Virus record (IMG/VR): IMGVR_UViG_3300009467_000016
Span: 1-57,846 of that record
Reading direction: 5' to 3' (one strand)
DNA length: 57,846 nt
From: a virus
Lineage: Duplodnaviria > Caudoviricetes
The position numbers and the translations under genes were made by a program. Position 1 is the stretch's first letter. Every line of letters starts with the position of its first letter. The notes under the pieces were generated by a model. The model saw only the letters and a list, made by a program, of their open reading frames with translations, was not told the origin of the DNA and searched no databases. This document shows positions 15,986-24,400 of the stretch, in pieces.

Positions 15986-16289
15986 AACACCTAAAGCAAA
16001 GAAAAAGCCAGCCGCTAAGATGAACTCTGGCGGTTTAGCTAAAAGTCAAAAGAGCCTTAAGTCATGGACTAAGCAGGATTGGAGAACTAAGAGTGGCAAA
16101 CCTTCTACGCAAGGTCCAAAGGCTACAGGAGAGCGTTACTTGCCAGCTAGTGCTATCAAAGCTATGGATTCTAAGTCTTACTCTGCGTCTTCAGCGAAGA
16201 AAAGAGCAGATACAGCAAAAGGTAAGCAATTCTCTAAGCAACCTAAAAAAGCGGCTAAAGCTGCCAAGCCGTACAGGAAAGTAACATGA
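15969..16289 (+). CDS. Basic protein, DUF5872-like C-terminal half
   Basis: Start placed at ATG 15969; QKSLKSWTKQDWRTKSGKPS...GERYLP. Confidence 0.7.
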   Translation: MPNKSKTPKAKKKPAAKMNSGGLAKSQKSLKSWTKQDWRTKSGKPSTQGPKATGERYLPASAIKAMDSKSYSASSAKKRADTAKGKQFSKQPKKAAKAAKPYRKVT

Positions 16290-16654
16290 GTAGAGTACTA
16301 AACGAAAAGCAACAACTCTTTATGCAAGTCTTATTTGATGAAGCACAAGGTGACGTTGTACAAGCTAAGAAGCTTGCAGGTTATGCTGATGGCTCATCTA
16401 CTAAGACTATTGTAGAGAGCTTAAAGGATGAGATATTTGAGGCTACAAAGACTTATATGTCGCGACTTGGGCCTAAAGCTGCGGTTGCTTACGGTAGTGC
16501 TTTGGTTGACCCTACGCAGCTTGGTATTAAAGAAAAGATGGTAGCTGCAGGTCAAATCTTAGATCGTGCTGGTATAGTTAAGACTGAGAAGGTTGCAGTA
16601 GAAGCTAGTGGTGGTTTGTTTATCTTGCCACCTAAAGAAAGTGACGATGACTAA
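16286..16654 (+). CDS. terS: Terminase small subunit (putative)
   Basis: LNEKQQLF...AKKLAGY HTH-like N-terminus, ILDRAG; position upstream of TerL. Confidence 0.7.
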   Translation: MSRVLNEKQQLFMQVLFDEAQGDVVQAKKLAGYADGSSTKTIVESLKDEIFEATKTYMSRLGPKAAVAYGSALVDPTQLGIKEKMVAAGQILDRAGIVKTEKVAVEASGGLFILPPKESDDD

Positions 16655-17060
16655 ACACTTTGCGTTTAATGACTTAGGTTATTGGATGTTACCTAAGCCT
16701 AAGAAACTACGACATTGGGAGAGAATACCAAGGCTAGTTAAGTTTGTACCTTTTGGCTACGAGATAGACCCAAAAGATGAACGTTGGTTAAACCCTATTG
16801 AGAAAGAGTTAGAACTATTAGAGCTTGCAAAGAAACACTTAAAGCAATATAGTTATAGAGAAGTTTCTGCTTGGTTAACTACACAGTCAGGTAAAAGCAT
16901 ATCTCATATGGGCTTAAAAAAGAGGGTAGACCTTGAGCGAAAACGTAAAGCAACTGCTAGAATCAAACGTAAGCTTGCCAAAAGGCTCCAAGAAGCGATC
17001 ACGCAGTACGAAACGCTTGAAAAAGAAAGGACAGGATACTACACCTGTCCAGCCGAGTAA
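16647..17060 (+). CDS. DNA-binding protein with recombinase-domain-like motifs
   Basis: VPFGY...SYREVSAWL...ISHMGL; start placed at ATG 16647. Confidence 0.6.
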   Translation: MTKHFAFNDLGYWMLPKPKKLRHWERIPRLVKFVPFGYEIDPKDERWLNPIEKELELLELAKKHLKQYSYREVSAWLTTQSGKSISHMGLKKRVDLERKRKATARIKRKLAKRLQEAITQYETLEKERTGYYTCPAE

Positions 17061-18516
17061 GAATGTTTCACGTGAAACAGTGCCAGCCACAGTTATACCT
17101 GCACCGTTTGACGTAGAACAAGCACAGAATATTGTATTTCAACCTAATCCCGGCCCTCAGACTCAATATCTAGCGTCAGGAGAGCGCGAAGTACTTTACG
17201 GTGGGGCAGCAGGTGGCGGTAAAAGCTACGCTACACTCGCTGACCCCTTACGTAACTTAAACCATCACGCATTTAGTGGGTTGCTTGTGCGCCACACTAC
17301 AGAGGAACTTAGGGAACTTATTCAGAAAAGCCAAGAGTTGTACCCTAAAGCAATTCCGGGCATTAAGTGGTCAGAGCGTAAGTCTCAATGGGTTACACCT
17401 AGAGGTGGTCGCATTTGGATGAGTTACCTAGATAAAGACCAAGACGTTATGCGCTACCAAGGACAGGCGTTTAACTACATTGCATTTGATGAGTTAACTC
17501 AATGGAATACACCGTTTGCGTGGAACTACATGCGCTCACGTTTACGTAGTGCTTCACCTGAGTTAGGCTTGTACATGAGGGCTACTACAAACCCCGGCTC
17601 TATAGGCCACGCTTGGGTTAAGAAGATGTTTATTGACCCGTCTGAGCCTAACAAGCCTTTTTGGGCTACCGATATTGAAACAGGGAAGACCTTAGCGTAC
17701 CCTAAAGGTCACACTAAAGAAGGTCAACCTTTGTTTAAGCGTAGGTTTATACCTGCAAGTTTGTTTGACAATCCATACTTAGCTGACAGTGGCGATTATG
17801 AGACTATGCTGCTATCTATGCCAGAGCATCAACGTAAGCAACTACTAGAAGGAAACTGGGATGTTAATGAGGGTGCAGCCTTCCCTGAGTTTAATAGACA
17901 AATTCACGTTGTTGACCCTTATGACATTCCTAATAGCTGGGCGAAGTTCAGAGCTTGCGATTACGGTTACGGCAGTTGGACAGGTGTTGTGTGGTTTGCC
18001 GTATCACCCTCTGAGCATCTTGTAGTTTATAGAGAAATGTATGTCACCAAAGTTACTGCTACTGACTTAGCGGATTTAATATTAGAGGCAGAGTCAGATG
18101 ATGGCACCATAAGATACGGCGTGTTGGACTCGTCCCTTTGGCATAAAAGAGGTGACACTGGTCCTAGTCTAGCGGAGCAAATGATTATGAAGGGCTGTCG
18201 CTGGAGACCTTCTGATCGTTCTAAAGGTTCTAGGGTGTCAGGCAAAAATGAGATACACCGCCGTTTGCAGGTAGACGAGTTTACTGAGGAACCCCAACTC
18301 GTATTCTTTTCTACCTGCACCAACTGCATAGCACAGATACCTAGCATACCTTTAGATAAGCGTAACCCTGAAGACGTAGATACAAACGCAGAAGATCACT
18401 TGTACGATGCTTTAAGGTATGGTATCATGACAAGACCTAGAAGTTCCTTGTGGGATTTCAACCCTTCAACACAGAGAAGCGGTTTTCAAGCTGCTGATCC
18501 AGTATTCGGATATTAA
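16933..18516 (+). CDS. terL: Terminase large subunit (start uncertain)
   Basis: Walker A YGGAAGGGKS, Walker B IAFDE, ATTNPG, RNase H-like CDYG and DHLYDALRY. Confidence 0.95.
   Translation: MSENVKQLLESNVSLPKGSKKRSRSTKRLKKKGQDTTPVQPSKNVSRETVPATVIPAPFDVEQAQNIVFQPNPGPQTQYLASGEREVLYGGAAGGGKSYATLADPLRNLNHHAFSGLLVRHTTEELRELIQKSQELYPKAIPGIKWSERKSQWVTPRGGRIWMSYLDKDQDVMRYQGQAFNYIAFDELTQWNTPFAWNYMRSRLRSASPELGLYMRATTNPGSIGHAWVKKMFIDPSEPNKPFWATDIETGKTLAYPKGHTKEGQPLFKRRFIPASLFDNPYLADSGDYETMLLSMPEHQRKQLLEGNWDVNEGAAFPEFNRQIHVVDPYDIPNSWAKFRACDYGYGSWTGVVWFAVSPSEHLVVYREMYVTKVTATDLADLILEAESDDGTIRYGVLDSSLWHKRGDTGPSLAEQMIMKGCRWRPSDRSKGSRVSGKNEIHRRLQVDEFTEEPQLVFFSTCTNCIAQIPSIPLDKRNPEDVDTNAEDHLYDALRYGIMTRPRSSLWDFNPSTQRSGFQAADPVFGY
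17064..17079. promoter_or_regulatory. parS: parS site 2 (inside TerL N-terminal extension, encodes VSRET)
   Basis: Perfect TGTTTCACGTGAAACA. Confidence 0.88.
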
Positions 18517-18518
18517 AT

Positions 18519-20669
18519 ATGGACCCAGATGATTTCACAACAGACTTTGAAACTAACTTAGAGTCAGGCGAGTCTTCTCACATTGAAGACGTTACTTCTG
18601 AAAGTATGCATGATCCTAAGACAGGTCACATTATTAATCTAGTAATGGATCGTTACAAACGTGCAGAAGATGCTCGTATGACAGACGAAACACGTTGGAT
18701 GGATGCTTACCGTAACTACCGTGGTATATACAACAACGAAGTCCAATTTACTGAAACTGAAAAGTCGCGTGTATTTGTCAAGGTAACTAAAACTAAAACA
18801 CTGGCTGCATATGGTCAGATTGTAGATGTACTCTTTGGTAGTCACAAGTTTCCATTAGCTATTGATCCTACTACGCTCCCAGAGGGCGTGGCTGAGTCCG
18901 TACACTTTGATGCTTCACCTAAAGCAGAGGAAGGTATGGAAGAACTAAAAGAGGCGTTTACCCCGCCTATGTTTAGCTCTGAAGAATCAAGACTACAACC
19001 CGGAGAGACTATAGAATCTTTACGAGAGCGTCTAGGTGGCATGGCTAAGAAGCTAGAGCCTGTAGAAGATAAACTTATTGAGGGTCAAGGTACACTCCCT
19101 ACAAGCATTACTTTTAATCCTGCACTTGTTGCAGCTAAGAAGATGCAAAAGAAAGTACATGATCAGCTAGAAGAGTCAGGGGCTAACAAGCAACTGCGCC
19201 TAGCTGCCTTTGAGACTGCTTTATTTGGCACTGGTATTATGAAGGGTCCATTTGCTGTAAATAAAGAGTACCCTAATTGGGATGAAGAAGGTGAGTACAA
19301 GCCAACCATTAAGACTGTACCATCTACTAGCCATGTTTCTATTTGGAACTTTTATCCTGACCCTGATGCTGCTAACATGGATGAGGCTGAGTATATCGTA
19401 GAGCGACACAAGATGTCACGCTCACAGGTTCGTGCATTAAAGGGTAGACCTTTCTTTCGTGATAACGCCATTGATAAGTCTCTTGCTATGGGTGAGTCCT
19501 ATGAGAAGAAATGGTGGGAGCAAGCTATGGAGGATGACGCTCAAAGCGGTAAAGCATAGCGTTATGAAGTACATGAGTTCTGGGGTTTCGTTGATAGAGA
19601 AGTCCTTGAAGAGTACGATGTAGATATTCCTAAAGAGTTAAAAGATACAGAGCAAGTCAACGTAAACATTTGGGTATGTAACCATCAAGTCTTGCGTCTT
19701 GTAATGAACCCATTTAAACCTGCACTTATTCCTTACTACGCTGTACCTTATGAGCTTAACCCATATAGCTTCTTTGGTGTAGGTATAGCTGAAAATATGG
19801 ATGATACACAAACTCTTATGAATGGCTTCATGCGTATGGCTGTAGACAATGCAGCCTTAAGTGGTAATATGCTTATTGAAGTAGATGAAACCAACCTAGT
19901 TCCCGGCCAAGATTTAAGCGTGTACCCCGGAAAAGTCTTTAGAAGACAAGGTGGTGCGCCGGGACAAGCTATTTTTGGAACCAAGTTCCCCAACGTGTCA
20001 GGCGAGAACATGCAGATGTTTGACAAGGCACGTGTATTAGCAGATGAGAGTACAGGCTTCCCTAGCTTTGCTCATGGTCAGACAGGAGTTTCAGGTGTCG
20101 GACGTACAGCTTCTGGCATTAGTATGCTCATGTCTGCTGCTAATGGTTCTATACGGAATGTAATTAAGAACGTAGATGACTACATGCTTAAGCCTTTAGG
20201 TAAAGCGTTCTTTAACTTCAACATGCAGTTTGACTTTGATCCTGAGATTAAGGGTGACTTAGAGGTACGCGCACAGGGTACTGAGAGCTTGATGGCTAAC
20301 GAAGTGCGTAGCCAGCGTTTGATGCAGTTCTTGCAAGTAGCACAAAATCCTGTACTGGCACCGTTTGCTAAGATGGATTACCTTATTCGTGAGATTGCAG
20401 TTAGCATGGATTTAGACCCTGAGAAGCTCACAAACAGCTTACAAGACGCCGCTATCCAAGCGGAGATACTGAAGCAGTTCCAGCAGCCTCTACCACAGCC
20501 ACCAGAAGAAGGAGTTCCCCAGTCGGGTACTACCCCACCCCAAGGCGCAGCACCCACAGGACAGGCTCCTACAGGGCCACAGGACGCATCAGGTGGAGGC
20601 GGCGGTAACATTGGAGTAGGCTCTGCACCTGCGCCGGGAGAACAAGGCTTTACTGGAAGGCCACAATAA
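18519..20669 (+). CDS. Portal protein interrupted by one in-frame TAG (19557-19559)
   Basis: ORFs 18519-19559 and 19692-20669 share a frame and the gap is open (RYEVHEFWG...); portal-like FGTGIMKGP, FFGVGIAE; follows TerL. Confidence 0.85.
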
Positions 20670-21295
20670 TGAGCATAGGAGTTTTACTAGGTAAGCAGCT
20701 TGCCAAGGCTATTAAGGGTACAGGCGATGATGTAGCTGATGAGACTGTAGAGGCTTTGGGTAAGACTTCTGCTAAACCTGAACGCTTTGATCCTGAAGCT
20801 TTAAAGAGGGCGGCTAATCAAAACGACAAGTCAAGAGAAATACTTGTTGATATGCCTATAGAAGACTTTCTTAGAGTTTCAGAAAAAGTAAGTCCTGACG
20901 ATCCGGCTAGGGCTGACTCAAGAAAAGTAACAAAAGAGCTTGTAGAAAAAGGTACGCCTTTTAGGTCTATTCCAAGTCTTACATTTGAAAACTTAGGGGA
21001 TGGTACAGCAAAAGCTACAGGGCATGAAGGGCGTCACAGAGCTATGGCTTTACTTGCTGCAGGAGAAGATACTATTCCTGTAGTTTTGCATAGTTATGGA
21101 GGTAAAGGTGGTAGTATTCGTTGGGGCCAACAAAGTGATCCTGACAGTTTTGACTATATAGATGTATTACCTGACAGGCTAAAGAGTGAAGACACAGATG
21201 ATGTAGTGCCTATGCCTGACGCTGCAAGAAACATACGTAAAAAAGCTTCAGCAGAGAACATCCGTAGCTTAGTACAAAGGCCAATCAACAAATGA
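20669..21295 (+). CDS. ParB/Srx-fold-like domain protein
   Basis: GHEGRHRAMALLAAGEDTIPVV resembles the ParB/sulfiredoxin GxHR motif, helix and IPV strand. Confidence 0.55.
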   Translation: MSIGVLLGKQLAKAIKGTGDDVADETVEALGKTSAKPERFDPEALKRAANQNDKSREILVDMPIEDFLRVSEKVSPDDPARADSRKVTKELVEKGTPFRSIPSLTFENLGDGTAKATGHEGRHRAMALLAAGEDTIPVVLHSYGGKGGSIRWGQQSDPDSFDYIDVLPDRLKSEDTDDVVPMPDAARNIRKKASAENIRSLVQRPINK

Positions 21296-21489
21296 GCCAA
21301 CTAAAGAAACTCGCAAACGATAAACCCTTATGGGATGCTTTTGAGGCTGAACTAGAGGAGCGCATTCAAAACAGTTACAAGATGTTTTCACAGACGGATG
21401 ACCCTATAGTTATGAATAGAATGCAGGGTGCAGTACACGCTTTGACTGCGCTTAAGCAGCTTAGACTAAAGGTAAACGCTAATGGCTAG
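21292..21489 (+). CDS. Small helical protein downstream of portal
   Basis: RMQG..HAL..LKQLR pattern recalled from post-portal genes. Confidence 0.75.
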   Translation: MSQLKKLANDKPLWDAFEAELEERIQNSYKMFSQTDDPIVMNRMQGAVHALTALKQLRLKVNANG

Positions 21490-24400
21490 ACTTGAAAGTC
21501 AAATGGAAGATATAATGGGTTATCCTACAGGTGGAGACCCTAGTATTATAGACCCTACTACGGGTAAGCCTTATGATGATTCAAGTCGTATGCGTCAGCA
21601 AGCTGAGATAACTCGTCAAGCTGATGCTATGGAAGCGTTTCAGAATGATGAAAACAAAGTTAAGCTACCTAAGTTACTTGAAGAAAAAATAACTCCATTA
21701 TTTAATAAACCAGAAATAAAGTTTTCTGCACAAGACCTTGAAAAACAATACAAAGACTATAATCCTGAATTTGGTAAGGCTAATGAGCTTGATGACTATG
21801 GGATGAAGCGTTATGTTGCTGATCGTTCTTCCTTTTTAACAGAGCCAAAATTAAATACATACAATACAAGTTTAATTGACACAATAATTGATGCAGGATT
21901 TTTGTTAAGAAATGAAACACAAGGTGTGACTAATGAAAAATCTCTTTTAAGTAATTTTGATAAGATTAAAGATAGACCTGCTGTTATTGGCTTTTTAAAG
22001 GAAGCTCTTGGCCCCGGACCTTACGGAGAGGGTTTTGATATAAACAAAGCATCGTGGTGTGCTGCGTTTGTAAATCATATCTTAGGAATAGCAGGATTTG
22101 ATCAACTTAAATATGGAGAAAATAAGTCAGAAGAAAGTTATAATAAAATAAGGGCTAATGCGTATTTAAAGTACGGTACACCTGTAGACAGTCTTGAAGA
22201 TGCTAAAGAAGGTGATATTATAATATGGGATTTAAAACCTAATAATAGTGATGATGGTACTCATGTAACTTTTTATGCAGGAGATAGATATGGAAAGCAA
22301 GGGGTAGGAGATTCTGTAGATATTGTTGGAGGCAATCATGGAGCGCGTCAATCTGTATCTTTAAAAGGTTCGGGTAGTGAGGATGTATATGTAAAAAAGA
22401 ATATACGAGGTATTGTTAGGGTAACTAAAAATAATATTACACAAGATTTTGTTAATGAATTAGCAGATATAGACCCTATTTTTAAACCTTTTACTGAACT
22501 AAATAAAAAAGGAAATCCTGTACCTTTAGTAAGTCTTAGGCCACAACTTAGGCCCAAAAAATTTAACGAAGGCGGTTCTGTAACTAGCCCATACAAAAGA
22601 AGTCACCCTAGCGCAATGCCAGCAGATGACTACTATGACATGCAAGCTAGGCAAGACGAGGATAAGCAGACTAAGGAAGCTTTTGTTGAACCTACTGTGC
22701 CTTTCTTTGAGCGTCCTATGGATTCAGATGAGTCTGACCGTATAGTAGGACAAGACGATGCAGGTAATCTTGTACGTCAAACTGCTCTAGGTAATACATA
22801 TACAGTATCTCCCAACCCTGATCAACGCACTACTCGCACAAAGGTTACAGACGCAGCAGATGCTTTCCTAGAGAACCCTAGACTACCTACAAAAGATGAG
22901 GTTGTAGGGGCAGGTAAAGCGGCTCTTGAGGGTGCAGTAGATGTAGTAAGCACTCCTAAGAGGCTGTTGACAGGAGAGCAAAGCCCTACTGAAACTCAGA
23001 TGGGCGATGTGTTTGATGTCTCTGTAGGTACAGGTATAATAGGTGCTACACAAAAGCTACCTGAGAATGCCTTGGGTATGTTTATGGGTAGGTACGCTAA
23101 AAATCTGCCTGAAGGTGATATAAAGGAGGCTTTTATAGCAGACTTGACAGGTATGGACACAGGTACACTTAATGAACTAGGAGAACTTGTTCCTACAGAT
23201 TTTGGTGGGCCTGAAGATTATACTGTACATAGTATTATAAGACAAATATCACGTGGTGCTGACTTACCTAAAGCTAAACAAGCTGTACTAGATGCAGGAT
23301 GGAGTGAGGGTAAAGACGGTAAGTATCGTTGGGAGCTTAGTGATAAAGACGCTAAAGTAGATGAATCTAAATTTACTGTGCTTAGTGCCACTGACATAGC
23401 TTCAGCTATTAATGCACCATTGGCAAATGTTAATTATTCTGAGTTAGGTGATGTATTAGATCATCCTAATTTATATAAAAACTACCCTGACTTAAAAACA
23501 ATGCCTGTATTTGTAGATACAGATTTAACAGGTACAACCACTGCAGGATATTTTAATACACAAGAAGGCTATTTAGCTATAGCCCAAGACCAGCTTAATA
23601 ATCCTAAAGAACTTAAACGCACTCTTCTACACGAAGTTATGCATAGAATTCAACAAAAAGAAGGCTTTGATTCAGGGACTAATAAACTTTCTGATGAAGT
23701 AAGAAAGATATATGACTCAAGGGCTAATGCACCAGAGGCTAAAGCTGCTTGGGCTAAGTATGATCAAGATATAGCTAATTATGATTTTAATCATATCCCA
23801 AAGTCTTTAGACCTTTTTAGAAATATTATAAAGTTTTCTGAAGATAATAATTTAAACTATGGAAATACCCCCTTTATAGAAGATGCAAAATCTAAATTTG
23901 TTGACTCTATTAGAGCAGCAAAAATGGCACGTGACGCTCGGAGAGACCTTGGACCTAATTCTTCTGAGTACAAAAAACTTTTACAGTTTGCGATTGATAC
24001 ATCAGCAAGTAATACACTAAAAGTTATGCGTAGGTTTTCAAGGCTTATGGAAGCTGCAGAACGAGGCGCAATGGGGCCAAGAAGTTACCGTATAACACAA
24101 GACTACCGTGACCTATTTAAAGACCTTCCTATTATGAAGGATGGCTCTCTAATGTTTAACGCTGAAAACTTAGGCACACAACTCTTAGGTTTAGAACAGC
24201 CTTTATTACCTGACTACATAAATCCTAACGCTACACCTACACAAATCTCAGCAGATAAAAGGCTTATTTACAGGTCAAAATCAGGAGAAGTTGAGGCTAC
24301 TAATGTAGAATATAGAATGGATTTTGATGATGCCCAGCGGTCAGAAAATTCACCTAAAGAAACTGAGTTTGGTGCTACAGGGTTTGAGCGTGACGAGCAA

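Noticed and set aside
19557-19559. Genome-wide TAG reassignment (alternative genetic code)
   Set aside because: Only one gene is interrupted, TAG terminates several normal genes, and coding density under the standard code is high
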